From assembly GCA_963722395.1 (NCBI GenBank), contig CAVRLS010000013.1, positions 129,896 through 193,895 of the forward strand: DNA of 64,000 nucleotides, in the 5' to 3' direction. Shown here piece by piece: positions 28,430-38,207 of the stretch. A program made the position numbers and the translations under genes. The stretch comes from an uncultured Acidobacteriota bacterium. Lineage in GTDB: Bacteria > Acidobacteriota > Vicinamibacteria > Vicinamibacterales > CAVVIG01. The first letter of the stretch is position 1, and each line of letters starts with the position of its first letter. The notes under the pieces are model-generated. The model searched no databases. It was not told where the DNA came from and saw nothing but the letters and a program-made list of their open reading frames with translations.

Positions 28430-31252
28430 ATGACGAACTGGCAGGGGGTAACCGGGGTCAACCGCGCCTATGTGCTCGAGTTGTACGACCGGTACCTGAA
28501 AGACCCGAATGCGGTCGATGCCGAAACCCGTGCCCTGTTTGCGACCTGGACTCCGCCAGCCGAGGGGGCAGCAGACGCACCCGTGGCGCTTGGTGAGTCG
28601 GCGCTCCAGAAGGCCGTCGGCGCCGTCAACCTGGCGCAGTCCATCAGACGCTACGGACACCTCGCCGCCCAGCTCGACCCCCTGGGGTCGACACCTGTCG
28701 GCGATCCATCCCTCCTCGCGGCCACGCACGGCGTGACCGATGACGACCTCCGGGCACTTCCCCCGACGCTCATTTCCTCGCCGCTGGCCACTGGCGCGAC
28801 GAACATGCTCGATGTCGTGAACAGGTTCCGCGCGGTCTACTGCGCAACCTCCGGTCACGACTACTCGCACGTGTTCGTGCACGAAGAGCGGCAGTGGCTG
28901 CGCACGGCCGTGGAACAGGGGCAGTTCCGCGCTCCGCTCGATCCCATCGACCCGGTGTCGCTCCTCGACCGGCTCTCGCAGGTCGAGTCGTTCGAGCGCT
29001 TCCTGCACCGTGCCTTCCAGGCCAAGACCCGCTTCTCGATCGAGGGGCTGGACATGACGGTGCCGATCCTCGACGAGATCATCGGCGACGCAGGTGAAGC
29101 CGGCGCCAGCTCGATGTTCATCGGCATGGCCCATCGCGGGCGCCTGAACATCATGGCGCACGTCCTCAACAAGCCCTACGCGCAGATCCTGGCCGAGTTC
29201 AAGGACCCGCTGAAGAAGGACCACTTCCAGGAAGACATGTCCTGGACCGGTGACGTGAAGTACCACGCCGGCGCCAGCCGCGCCATCGAGCATGGCCGCG
29301 AACTGCACATGGTCGTCTCGATGCCGCCGAACCCGAGCCATCTCGAGGCGGTCGATCCGGTGGTGACCGGCATGGCCCGAGCCGCCGGCACGACCGTCGA
29401 CGCGGCCGGTCCGGCCAGGTTCGATCCCACCAGGTCGATCCCGGTCCTGATCCATGGCGACTGCGCGTTCCCAGGGCAGGGCATCGTGGCCGAAACGCTG
29501 AACCTCGCCAGACTCGCCGGCTACAACACCGGCGGCACGATCCACATCATCGTCAACAACCAGCTCGGGTTCACCGCGATGGCGCGAGAATCGTTCAGCA
29601 CCTCGTATGCGAGCGGCCTGGCGCGCGGTTTCAAGGTGCCGATCGTCCACGTCAACGCCGACGATCCGGAAGCCTGCGTCGAAGCGGCGCGTCTGGCCAT
29701 TGCCTACCGCAACAGGTTCAAGCGCGACTTCCTCATCGACCTTGTCGGCTACCGGCGTCACGGCCACAACGAAGGTGATGAGCCGGCGTTCACGCAGCCG
29801 TTGATGTATCAGGCGATTGCCACCCACCCGACCGTGCGCGAGATCTTCGCGACCGCGCTCGTGGCACGAGGGGTCGTGACGGCGGCGCAGGCCGACGGGA
29901 TGAGCACAAAGTACCTGGGCGCCCTGCAGGCCGCGCTCGATGGCCTCGAGCCAGAGGTCGACTTCGTCGAGCCGATTCCGCCCACGCCACCGTCCGGCGC
30001 CGCCGGCAGGGTGAAGACCGGCGTACCGCTCGAAGGGCTCGGAGAACTCAACAGCGCGCTGCTGGCGCTGCCCGGGGGCTTCAACGTCCACAAGAAGCTG
30101 GTGCGTGGCCGCGAGCGCCGCGCCCAGATATTCGCGGAGCCTGGCGAACGGTCCGTTGACTGGGCCACTGCCGAGGACCTGGCCTACGCCTCCATCCTCG
30201 CCGAAGGCGTCAGCATCCGCCTCACCGGTGAAGACGTGCAGCGTGGCACCTTCAGTCATCGACACGCCGTGCTGCACGACCCCGGCACCGGGAAGACGTA
30301 CACGCCCCTGCAGGGCCTGCCGCAGGCGCGAGCCGCCTTCGAGATCCACAACTCGCCGCTCACCGAACTGGCGACGATCGGATTCGAGTTCGGCTACAAC
30401 GTGCAGGAGCCGTCGCGGCTGGTCATCTGGGAGGCGCAGTACGGCGACTTCATCAACGGCGCCCAGATGATCCTCGACGAATTCCTGCTATCGGCCCGCA
30501 GCAAGTGGGGCCAGCGTCCGTCGATGGTGCTGCTGCTGCCGCACGCGCATGAAGGCGCCGGTCCGGAGCACTCCAGCGCGCGCCCCGAGCGTTTTCTGCA
30601 ACTGGCCGCCGACATCAACGTCCGCATCGCCAACTGCACGAGCGCGGCGCAGTTCTTCCACCTGATGCGGCGCCAGGCGGCGCTGCTGCTGGTCGATCCG
30701 CTGCCGCTGGTAGTGCTCACGCCAAAGAGCCTGCTGCGCCACCCGTTCATGGCGTCCACCCCGCAGCAACTTGCCGATGGCCGCTTCCACCGCATGCTGG
30801 ACGACGAGTGGGCGAGGGGGCATGCCTCCGAGGTACGCCGCGTGCTGCTCTGCACGGGCAAGATGTCGGTCGACCTGCTGACGAGCGAGAAGCGCGAGGC
30901 GGCCCGCAATGTTGCGATCTGCCGCCTCGAACAGCTCTATCCGCTGAACCTCGACGATCTCCGCACGCTGCTCAACAGCTACACGAACGCTGAAGAGATC
31001 GTCTGGGTCCAGGAAGAACCCGAGAACATGGGCTACTGGGACTTCATGCGTTCGAACATCGAAGCCGCGGCCGCGGGCCGCACGGTGCGGCTGATCGCCC
31101 GTCCCCGCAGCGCCAGCCCGGCGGAAGGGTCGTCCTCTCGCCACTCGCACCATCAGCAGATCCTGGTCGAGACGGCCCTCGCGCCGACAGCGGCGAAGGC
31201 GTCCGGGCGCTCGCGCGGCGCCAAGCCGGCTGCCGAGAAGATTGCCGGATAG
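28430..31252 (+). CDS. sucA: 2-oxoglutarate dehydrogenase E1 component
   Basis: Intact 940 aa. YGHLAAQLDPLG, MAHRGRLNIMAHVLNKPY, HGDCAFPGQGIVAETLNL..GYNTGGTIHIIVNNQLGFT, YRRHGHNEGDEP, GEDVQRGTFSHRHAVLHD, LLLPHAHEGAGPEHSSARPERFLQL. Confidence 0.95.
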   Translation: MTNWQGVTGVNRAYVLELYDRYLKDPNAVDAETRALFATWTPPAEGAADAPVALGESALQKAVGAVNLAQSIRRYGHLAAQLDPLGSTPVGDPSLLAATHGVTDDDLRALPPTLISSPLATGATNMLDVVNRFRAVYCATSGHDYSHVFVHEERQWLRTAVEQGQFRAPLDPIDPVSLLDRLSQVESFERFLHRAFQAKTRFSIEGLDMTVPILDEIIGDAGEAGASSMFIGMAHRGRLNIMAHVLNKPYAQILAEFKDPLKKDHFQEDMSWTGDVKYHAGASRAIEHGRELHMVVSMPPNPSHLEAVDPVVTGMARAAGTTVDAAGPARFDPTRSIPVLIHGDCAFPGQGIVAETLNLARLAGYNTGGTIHIIVNNQLGFTAMARESFSTSYASGLARGFKVPIVHVNADDPEACVEAARLAIAYRNRFKRDFLIDLVGYRRHGHNEGDEPAFTQPLMYQAIATHPTVREIFATALVARGVVTAAQADGMSTKYLGALQAALDGLEPEVDFVEPIPPTPPSGAAGRVKTGVPLEGLGELNSALLALPGGFNVHKKLVRGRERRAQIFAEPGERSVDWATAEDLAYASILAEGVSIRLTGEDVQRGTFSHRHAVLHDPGTGKTYTPLQGLPQARAAFEIHNSPLTELATIGFEFGYNVQEPSRLVIWEAQYGDFINGAQMILDEFLLSARSKWGQRPSMVLLLPHAHEGAGPEHSSARPERFLQLAADINVRIANCTSAAQFFHLMRRQAALLLVDPLPLVVLTPKSLLRHPFMASTPQQLADGRFHRMLDDEWARGHASEVRRVLLCTGKMSVDLLTSEKREAARNVAICRLEQLYPLNLDDLRTLLNSYTNAEEIVWVQEEPENMGYWDFMRSNIEAAAAGRTVRLIARPRSASPAEGSSSRHSHHQQILVETALAPTAAKASGRSRGAKPAAEKIAG

Positions 31253-31273
31253 ATCTCGATTCCGAAGGATTGT

Positions 31274-32518
31274 ATGCCTGCACACATCGTAGTACCCGAA
31301 GTCGGTGAGTCGATCGTCGAAGCCCGCGTGGCTCGTTGGATGAAGAACGTCGGCGACGTCGTGGCGCTGGGCGATCCCCTGGTCGAACTCGAGACCGACA
31401 AGGTCAACCTCGAAGTGCCGTCGCCGGTGGCCGGGGTGTTGAGCCGCATCGACCACCAGGCTGGTGCCGACGTCAAGATTGGCGAAGTGCTCGGCATGGT
31501 CGACGAGTCGGGCGCTGCCGCAGCGGCGCCGCCCGCGGCGGCACCGGCTGATGCGCCTGCACCGGCCGCTGCTGCTGTCGCCAAGGGCGCCGCCGAGGGC
31601 GACAAGACCCGCGCAACACCGACGGCGAAAAAGGCCGCCGAACAGAACGACGTGAACATCGCCAGCGTCAAGGGAACCGGCGTGGCCGGCCGCGTCATGA
31701 AGAGCGACGTGGAGCAGGCTGTGAAGGGCACTGCGCCGGTGAAAGCCGCCGCGTCGACGCCGGCTCCGGCTCCGGCCGCTCCGGCCGTGCGTCCGCCCGC
31801 ACCTCGCGCCGCATCCGGCGACCGCTCCGAGGAGCGGGTGCGCATGTCGAAGCGCCGCGCCACCATCGCGCGTCGCCTCGTCGAGGCGCAAAGCACCGCG
31901 GCAATGCTCAGCACCTTCAACGAAGTCGACATGTCCGCGGTGATGGCGCTGCGCGAACGCCGCAAGCTGACGTTCAAGGAGAAGAATGGCGTCAACCTCG
32001 GCCTGTCGTCTTTCTTCGTGAAGGCGGCCATCGGCGCGCTCAAGGCGATTCCGCGCGTGAATTCGGAGTTGCAGGGCGACGAGATGGTGCTGAAGCACTA
32101 CTACGACATCGGCGTCGCCGTTGGCGCCGCCGAGGGGTTGGTGGTGCCGGTGCTGCGCGACGCCGACAGGATGTCGTTCGCCGAAGTCGAGCAGCAGGTC
32201 CGCTTCTACGCCAAGGCGGCCGAGGAGGGCACCCTCTCGCTGGCCGACATCAAGGGCGGAACCTTTACCATCACCAACGGTGGCGTGTTCGGCTCATTGC
32301 TGAGCACGCCGATCCTGAATCCGCCGCAGGTTGGCATCCTGGGCCTGCACGCCATCAAGGACCGCCCGGTCGCGGTCGGCGGCGAGGTGGTGATCCGCCC
32401 GATGATGTACATCGCGCTCACCTACGATCACCGCATCATCGACGGCTCTGAGGCCGTCCGCTTCCTCGTGAAGGTCAAGGAACTGATCGAAGATCCGGGC
32501 GCGCTGCTCATCGACTAG
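31274..32518 (+). CDS. sucB: dihydrolipoyllysine-residue succinyltransferase (E2 of 2-oxoglutarate dehydrogenase)
   Basis: Intact 414 aa. Lipoyl domain [15 protein letters not shown], Ala/Pro linkers, E3-binding [33 protein letters not shown], catalytic [17 protein letters not shown]. Confidence 0.95.
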   Translation: MPAHIVVPEVGESIVEARVARWMKNVGDVVALGDPLVELETDKVNLEVPSPVAGVLSRIDHQAGADVKIGEVLGMVDESGAAAAAPPAAAPADAPAPAAAAVAKGAAEGDKTRATPTAKKAAEQNDVNIASVKGTGVAGRVMKSDVEQAVKGTAPVKAAASTPAPAPAAPAVRPPAPRAASGDRSEERVRMSKRRATIARRLVEAQSTAAMLSTFNEVDMSAVMALRERRKLTFKEKNGVNLGLSSFFVKAAIGALKAIPRVNSELQGDEMVLKHYYDIGVAVGAAEGLVVPVLRDADRMSFAEVEQQVRFYAKAAEEGTLSLADIKGGTFTITNGGVFGSLLSTPILNPPQVGILGLHAIKDRPVAVGGEVVIRPMMYIALTYDHRIIDGSEAVRFLVKVKELIEDPGALLID

Positions 32519-32549
32519 ACGCGCTCACGCGCTGCGCGCGTTCGCGCGT

Positions 32550-32615
32550 AGTCACAAGTCACAGATCGCAAGTCGCACGACGGGCCGGCTGGAGAATCGT
32601 CAGCCGGCCCGTCGT
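32550..32615. repeat. heptamer array (AGTCACA x2, GATCGCA, AGTCGCA) followed by a perfect 16-bp stem hairpin
   Basis: Four 7-nt units at 32550-32577. Hairpin cacgacgggccggctg-gagaatcgt-cagccggcccgtcgtg at 32575-32615. Lies between convergent sucB and the NHL gene. No U-tract. Confidence 0.7.
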
Positions 32616-32663
32616 GGCCGTCCCACCGGGCTTGACCAGCCCCTCCCGACCTTCCCACCCTCC

Positions 32664-33869
32664 CTACGGCGACACTGACGCTGCGCCGAGACCGGTGTAC
32701 CTGAACTTCTGCACCCGCTTCCCCTCGTAGCTCTCGGTGACGAAGAGATCGCCCTTCGAGTTCACCGCCAGGTTGTGCGCGCCGTAGAACTGCCCGGCCC
32801 AGTGGCCGTGACCGCCAAAGGTGCTCACCACCTGCAGCGTCTGACGGTCCAGCACGTAGATCAACTGGTTCGTGCCGTCGTTCACGTAGAGGAACTGCTG
32901 CTGCGGGTCGGTGGAGAAGCCGACGTCCCACACCGAGCCGCTGCCGAAGGTGTCCTTCGCAATCACCTGTTCACGGACGAAGGTGCCGTCCTTCCTGAAC
33001 ACCTGCAGGCGATCGTTGGTGCGATCGCAGACGTACACCAGGCCGTCGTTCGAGATGCGCACGGCGTGGACAATCCGGAACTGCGGTGCAGCCGGACCGT
33101 TCGGATCGTACTGGCTCGGTCGCACCTCGTTCTGCACCGCGCCGCTGAACGGACCCGGGAGCTTCTCGCCCTGCCGCGTGAACCAGCCATCGTCGGGTCG
33201 GTTGCCGTAGGCACCCCAGTGGCGCTTGTAGGCGCCGGTCGTCGCGTCGAAGACGATGACGCGGTGATTGACGTAGCCATCGGCGACGTAGAGCTCGTTC
33301 GCGGGCCGATCGATCGTGACGTTCGCGGGCGCACCCAGGTTCTCGGTGTCGTTGCTGCCCTGGCCCTTGCCCTGATGGCCAATCTGCAGCAGGAAGCGGC
33401 CCTGCCGCGTGAACTTCAGGATGTGCGAGTCCTTGTCGCCACCGGCACCTAGCCAGACGTTGTCCTGGGCGTCGACGTAGATGCCATGCTCGAGCTGAGG
33501 CCACTCGTAGCCGGCCCCGGGGCCGCCCCACGACGACAGCAGCGTTCCGTCTGCATCGAACTCGAGTACCGGCGGCGCCGCCTTCCAGATGGCGCGGGTC
33601 TCGTTCGGCTGCAGCGTTGATGGCCGCTGCACGATCCAGACGTGGTCGCGCGCATCGACGGCGACACCGGCCACCGCGCCGATGATCCAGCGGTTGGGCA
33701 GAGGCTTCGGCCAGAACGGATCGACCGCGAACGTGGGAACCTGCCGATCGGCTACCCGCGACTGTGCGAACGGCACGGCACGACCTGTCATCAGCAGGGC
33801 GAGTGGGAAGAACACGGACAGGAGTAGCCGGGGCCAATGGCGGCTGAGCCGCGAGCGCATGGGAAGCAT
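32664..33869 (-). CDS. NHL-repeat six-bladed propeller, peptidyl-alpha-hydroxyglycine alpha-amidating lyase (PAL)-like
   Basis: Intact 401 aa with an N-terminal signal/TM. Repeated NHL-like blades: VAVDARDHVWIVQR, HGIYVDAQDNVWL, NVTIDRPANELYVADGYVNHRVIVFD, HAVRISNDGLVYVCDRTNDRLQVF, HNLAVNSKGDLFVTESYEGKRVQKF. Confidence 0.65.
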   Translation of the reverse strand: MLPMRSRLSRHWPRLLLSVFFPLALLMTGRAVPFAQSRVADRQVPTFAVDPFWPKPLPNRWIIGAVAGVAVDARDHVWIVQRPSTLQPNETRAIWKAAPPVLEFDADGTLLSSWGGPGAGYEWPQLEHGIYVDAQDNVWLGAGGDKDSHILKFTRQGRFLLQIGHQGKGQGSNDTENLGAPANVTIDRPANELYVADGYVNHRVIVFDATTGAYKRHWGAYGNRPDDGWFTRQGEKLPGPFSGAVQNEVRPSQYDPNGPAAPQFRIVHAVRISNDGLVYVCDRTNDRLQVFRKDGTFVREQVIAKDTFGSGSVWDVGFSTDPQQQFLYVNDGTNQLIYVLDRQTLQVVSTFGGHGHWAGQFYGAHNLAVNSKGDLFVTESYEGKRVQKFRYTGLGAASVSP

Positions 33870-33922
33870 GAGCCAGAGGATACGTCAAAAGGAAATCCGC
33901 CCTCGAGCCGATATCTCACTCG

Positions 33923-35110
33923 ATGCACACCGCTGCTGACGCTGACAATCCCGCGTTCGAATCCCGGCTGTTCCCGTTCGCGGATGATACCGTCATCGAC
34001 ACTCCGACGCTCATCACCGGCCTCCTCGAGGGAGGCAAGGGCATCAGCGACCTGATTTTCTCGCCCGGCCGGCCGCCGCAGGTGGAGCAGCACGGCGAAC
34101 TGGTGCCGGTTGCCGTCCCCGGCCTCGAACTGCTGACCCCGGAGATGACCGCACGAATCGCGCGCGACCTGATGGGCGGCAATGCCCAGGTGCTCGGTTC
34201 GCTCGAGAATGACGGCTCCGCCGACTTCTCCTACTCCGTTCCTTCTCGCACCAGGTTTCGCGTCAATGCCTTCAAGCAGCGCGGCACCTACGCCATCGTC
34301 ATGCGGGTGATCGCGTCGCGCATTCCGAGCCTCGCCGAACTGAAGCTGCCGTCGGCGCTGACCGACGTTGCGTCGCTCAAGACCGGCATCGTGCTCGTGA
34401 CCGGACCGACCGGTTCGGGCAAGTCGTCCACGCTTGCCGCCATCATCGACCTGATCAACGAGACGCGTGCCGAGCACATCCTCACCATCGAGGACCCGAT
34501 CGAGTTCCTGCACACACACAAGAAGGGCACGATCCACCAGCGGCAACTGCACGCCGATACGCCCAGCTTTGCCCTGGCACTTCGCGCGGCACTGCGGCAG
34601 GCGCCGAAGGTGATCCTGGTTGGCGAGATGCGTGATCGTGAGACGGTGGAGATCGCCCTCACGGCTGCCGAGACCGGACACCTGGTGTTCTCGACCCTCC
34701 ACACCATCGACGCGTCCAAGACGGTGGAGCGCATCATCGGTTCGTTCCCGGCCTCCGATCAGCAGGTGGTGCGCACGCGCCTGGCTGGCGCCTTCCGCTA
34801 TTTCATCGCGCAACGCCTCATCCCGCGCAGGGAAGGGGGACGTGTGGCGGTGCTCGAGATCCTGAAGTCGACCATGCGTACCAGGGAGTACATCGAGCAG
34901 GGGGAGAAGGAAGGGAAGACGCTCCTCGACGCCATCAGGGACGGCGGACTCGACGGGATGCAGTCGTTCGATGGCGAAATCGAGCGGCTGGTGCGCGAGG
35001 GCGTGCTGACGGTGCCGACGGCGATGCTCTATGCCACGAATCCGGGCAACCTCGCCGTGCAGCTTGCCGACTTCAGCGAGGACTCCATCGAGTCGATGAT
35101 CGAGCGCTAG
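33923..35110 (+). CDS. pilT: type IV pilus retraction ATPase PilT/PilU family
   Basis: Intact 395 aa. ISDLIFSPGRPPQVE, Walker A VTGPTGSGKSSTLAAII, ILTIEDPIEF, Walker B/Asp box VILVGEMRDRETV, His box GHLVFSTLHT. Confidence 0.85.
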   Translation: MHTAADADNPAFESRLFPFADDTVIDTPTLITGLLEGGKGISDLIFSPGRPPQVEQHGELVPVAVPGLELLTPEMTARIARDLMGGNAQVLGSLENDGSADFSYSVPSRTRFRVNAFKQRGTYAIVMRVIASRIPSLAELKLPSALTDVASLKTGIVLVTGPTGSGKSSTLAAIIDLINETRAEHILTIEDPIEFLHTHKKGTIHQRQLHADTPSFALALRAALRQAPKVILVGEMRDRETVEIALTAAETGHLVFSTLHTIDASKTVERIIGSFPASDQQVVRTRLAGAFRYFIAQRLIPRREGGRVAVLEILKSTMRTREYIEQGEKEGKTLLDAIRDGGLDGMQSFDGEIERLVREGVLTVPTAMLYATNPGNLAVQLADFSEDSIESMIER

Positions 35111-36084
35111 CTGGCCTCGGCAAGGCGTTCGGCGAGGGCCATCACCGTGAGCGGCGATGAGCCCTCGGCTTTGTTGTTCACCAGCACGAAGACTCCACGC
35201 CCACGGTTCACGACGCGGCGCGCGATTGACACCACGTCGCGTCGCATCACCTCGTCAGGCTCCACCAGCCGGTTGTAGGGCTTGAAGCGCTCCCGCTGAT
35301 CCTCGTACCACGTGCCTGGCCGCAGCAACAGGCGCACAACGCTGAACGGCAGCGCCTCTGGCGGCAGCAGTTCGGCCTGCGCACCTGGCGTCGGCATCGC
35401 ACTCCAGTAGTTGTACACATGGGCCGCGCCGTGGCGGGCAAGCAGGTCCCCATAAGCCGGTGTGAGCAACCGCTCATCACGCAGCTCGACTGCGTAGTCG
35501 AAACCCGCTGGCAGAGCGCCAACGAATCGGTTGAGGCGCCCGTGGAACTCCGCCGGTTCCATCCGCATCGTGCGCGGGAACGGCGGAAACTCCAGGATGA
35601 TCGGCCCGGTGTGCGGCCGGAACACCGCGTCGCAGGGACGCAGCAGGTCGTCGACCAGCCGCTCGACCGAGAGGAAGTCGGGGTTCGGCGTGGGCCGCGA
35701 GGGGTGACCGAGCGACACCGCCGTGACCGACGCCGGCGCCTTGAAGCAGCAGCGGAAGCCGTCGGGCAACTGCGCCGCATACGCCTGCAGGTCGGCCGCC
35801 GGCATCGGGGCGTAGTAGCTGCGGTCGACGCCAACGGTCGTGAGCAGCGGGTGGGTCGCGTACTCGCGCAGTCCCTCGCGGGCGAGTGTCGTCTGCGGGC
35901 GCGCCCCCGAGTAGACCAGTCCCTTCCAGCCGGGGAAGCTCCACGAACTGGTGCCGAAGTGCACGCCAGCGGGCATGCGAGCCGCCAATGCCGCGGCGGC
36001 CTGATGCGTGCGCTCGAGCTGGAGCGTCGACGGATCGGGTTCCTCTGCCGGCGCGGCGTCGAAGAGCGCGAGTTGATCGATCAT
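35107..36084 (-). CDS. DUF72 (UPF0759) family protein
   Basis: HFGTSSWSFPGWKGLVY, LREYATHPLLTTVGVDRSYY, GPIILEFPPF, FDYAVELRDERLL, HVYNYWSAMP. Start chosen at MIDQLALFD (36084); the longer ORF extends to 36228. Confidence 0.7.
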   Translation of the reverse strand: MIDQLALFDAAPAEEPDPSTLQLERTHQAAAALAARMPAGVHFGTSSWSFPGWKGLVYSGARPQTTLAREGLREYATHPLLTTVGVDRSYYAPMPAADLQAYAAQLPDGFRCCFKAPASVTAVSLGHPSRPTPNPDFLSVERLVDDLLRPCDAVFRPHTGPIILEFPPFPRTMRMEPAEFHGRLNRFVGALPAGFDYAVELRDERLLTPAYGDLLARHGAAHVYNYWSAMPTPGAQAELLPPEALPFSVVRLLLRPGTWYEDQRERFKPYNRLVEPDEVMRRDVVSIARRVVNRGRGVFVLVNNKAEGSSPLTVMALAERLAEAS

Positions 36085-36244
36085 GGCTGCACACAGCACC
36101 GGGCTTGCGTTGAGACCACGGCAATTCGATTGTAAGCGCCCGGCATAGTGACGACCGGCATTTCGCCACGTGTCGATTCCCGGCAGGCTGAATCGACCAC
36201 CTGAGTGGGATACCATGCGGCGTCCCACTCAGGAGAGAGACCGA

Positions 36245-37363
36245 ATGAGTTCAGTGCGAGTGCTGGTTGGAACGCGCAAGGGCGCCTTTGTCATCACGGC
36301 TGACGGGGCACGGAAGAACTGGGACATCCAGGGGCCGTTCTTCGGCGGCTGGGAGCTCTATCACCTCAAGGGTTCGCCCGTCGACCCCAATCGCCTCTAC
36401 GCCTCTCAGGGCAGCGGCTGGTTCGGGCAGCTGATTCAGCGCTCGAACGACGGCGGCAGGACGTGGGAGCCGATGGGCAACGCCTTCACCTACGAGGGCG
36501 CCACAGGGAGCCACGAGTGGTACGACGGCACGCCGCATCCTTGGGAGTTCAAGCGCGTCTGGCACCTCGAACCGTCGCTCACCGACCCTGACGTCGTCTA
36601 CGCCGGCGTCGAGGACGCCGCGCTCTTCCGCACCACCGACGGCGCGACAAGCTGGCACGAACTGCCCGGATTGCGGAACCACGGCTCCGGCTCGAAGTGG
36701 ACGCCTGGCGCCGGCGGCTTGTGCGTGCACACGGTGATCCTCGACCCGGCCAACCCGCAGCGGCTGTTCGTTGCCATCTCCGCGGCCGGCGCCTTCCGCT
36801 CGGAGGATAGCGGCGAGAGCTGGAAGGCGATCAACCAGGGGCTGCGGTCGAACCATATCCCCGATGGCACGGCCGAAATCGGTCACTGCGTGCATCACGT
36901 CGCGCAGCACCGGGCGCGTCCCCATGTCCTCTTCATGCAGAAGCACTGGGACGTGATGCGGAGCGACGATGCCGGCGACAACTGGGTGGAAGTGAGCGGC
37001 AACCTGCCAACCGACTTCGGCTTCCCGATCGACATTCACGCCCACGAGCCGGACACGATCTACGTCGTGCCGATCAAGAGCGACTCCGAACACTACCCGC
37101 CAGACGGCAAGCTGCGTGTCTATCGCAGCCGCAGCGGCGGCAACGAGTGGGAAGCGCTCACCACCGGCCTGCCGCAGCAGGACTGCTACGTGAACGTGCT
37201 GCGCGACGCGATGTCCGTCGACACGCTCGATTCCTGCGGCGTCTACTTCGGGACGACCGGCGGCCAGGTCTACGCGTCACCCGACGGTGGCGATACCTGG
37301 TCGGCCATTGCGCGCGACCTGCCGCCAGTGCTCTCGGTCGAAGTCCAGACGCTGACCGCCTGA
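36245..37363 (+). CDS. BNR/Asp-box repeat beta-propeller protein (sialidase/Sortilin-Vps10-like fold), cytoplasmic
   Basis: Intact 372 aa, no signal peptide. Asp-box-like motifs: [60 protein letters not shown]. Confidence 0.7.
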   Translation: MSSVRVLVGTRKGAFVITADGARKNWDIQGPFFGGWELYHLKGSPVDPNRLYASQGSGWFGQLIQRSNDGGRTWEPMGNAFTYEGATGSHEWYDGTPHPWEFKRVWHLEPSLTDPDVVYAGVEDAALFRTTDGATSWHELPGLRNHGSGSKWTPGAGGLCVHTVILDPANPQRLFVAISAAGAFRSEDSGESWKAINQGLRSNHIPDGTAEIGHCVHHVAQHRARPHVLFMQKHWDVMRSDDAGDNWVEVSGNLPTDFGFPIDIHAHEPDTIYVVPIKSDSEHYPPDGKLRVYRSRSGGNEWEALTTGLPQQDCYVNVLRDAMSVDTLDSCGVYFGTTGGQVYASPDGGDTWSAIARDLPPVLSVEVQTLTA

Positions 37364-37665
37364 TGCCGGGCATCAGGGTGGTACTGCCGCACCACCTGCG
37401 CACCCTTGCGCAGGTCGGCGGCGAGGTGGTCATCGACGTCGACGGACCGGCCACCGTCCGATCGGTCCTCGACGCGATCGAGGCGACCTATCCCGTCCTG
37501 CGTGGCACGATCCGCGACTACGGCACGTTGAAGCGACGCCCCTTCCTGCGCTTCTTCGCCTGCGAAGAGGATCTCTCGCTCATGCCGCCCGAGACGCCGC
37601 TGCCAGCGCCGGTGGTGGCGGGTGCGGAGCCGTTCTACGTGATCGGCGCCATCGCCGGAGGCTGA
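37363..37665 (+). CDS. MoaD/ThiS-family ubiquitin-like beta-grasp protein ending in Gly-Gly
   Basis: 100 aa. Start overlaps the upstream stop (TGATG). [48 protein letters not shown]... ending ...[10 protein letters not shown]-stop. Confidence 0.65.
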   Translation: MPGIRVVLPHHLRTLAQVGGEVVIDVDGPATVRSVLDAIEATYPVLRGTIRDYGTLKRRPFLRFFACEEDLSLMPPETPLPAPVVAGAEPFYVIGAIAGG

Positions 37666-37689
37666 GCGCCGCTGCGTGCGGCGCAGGTA

Positions 37690-38199
37690 CTACGCCCCGA
37701 GAACGTCGAGCGGCAGTGGGCTGGCGCTCGACGCGCCGTCACCGGCCAGCATGCGCCGCGCGTAGCCAGCCTGGCCCAGGTGAAAGGCGGTGTGCGCCAC
37801 GAGGTGCATCAGGAAACGCCCGCGCGTCGTGCGCAGGCCGTTAGGTGCGCCCGGCATTGGCTGGTCCAGTTCCGCGTCGCTCAGGCGCACAAGTGTGCCC
37901 TGCACCGCGTCGATCGCGGCGGTCAGCGCACGATCGACCTCCTCACGTGTGCCGCTGCGCGTCGCGAACTCGGCCTCGCGATTGCGCACGAATCCGGTGC
38001 CTCCGAGGAGCGCGCCGACGAAGTGCTGCAGGCTGCCGGCGACGTGCAGGGCCAGGTTGCCGGCGGCGTTGGTCACGCCCGGCATGGTCTGCCAGAGCGT
38101 GGCATCGTCGGCATGGAGCGCTACCTCGCGGCGGAATCCTTCGAGGTCACGGGTGAGCAGCAGGTTCAGGTCATCGACGTGAGGCATGCGTGCGAGCAT
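37690..38199 (-). CDS. DinB-superfamily (DinB_2/DUF1572-like) metal-dependent protein
   Basis: Intact 169 aa. NAAGNLALHVAGSLQHFVG ... FLMHLVAHTAFHLGQAGY matches the His triad pattern of the DinB four-helix bundle. Confidence 0.65.
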   Translation of the reverse strand: MLARMPHVDDLNLLLTRDLEGFRREVALHADDATLWQTMPGVTNAAGNLALHVAGSLQHFVGALLGGTGFVRNREAEFATRSGTREEVDRALTAAIDAVQGTLVRLSDAELDQPMPGAPNGLRTTRGRFLMHLVAHTAFHLGQAGYARRMLAGDGASSASPLPLDVLGA

Positions 38200-38207
38200 A
38201 CCCCGCG

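Noticed and set aside
28199-30349. 716-aa minus-strand ORF (and similar long antisense ORFs: 3163..5136, 30488..32098, 57611..60598, 39190..40260, 45898..47184, 51309..52469)
   Set aside because: They lie antisense to strongly supported genes (sucA, sucB, attH-like, the osmoprotectant ABC genes, the PilZ coiled-coil gene and others). Their Arg/Ala/Gly/Pro-rich, low-complexity composition is typical of stop-poor alternative frames in high-GC DNA. They show no recognisable domains. The exception is the DLH relic inside 57611..60598, which is reported separately.
28430-32518. sucAB without adjacent lpdA or sucCD as an anomaly
   Set aside because: E3 and succinyl-CoA synthetase genes are frequently encoded elsewhere, so this is not informative.
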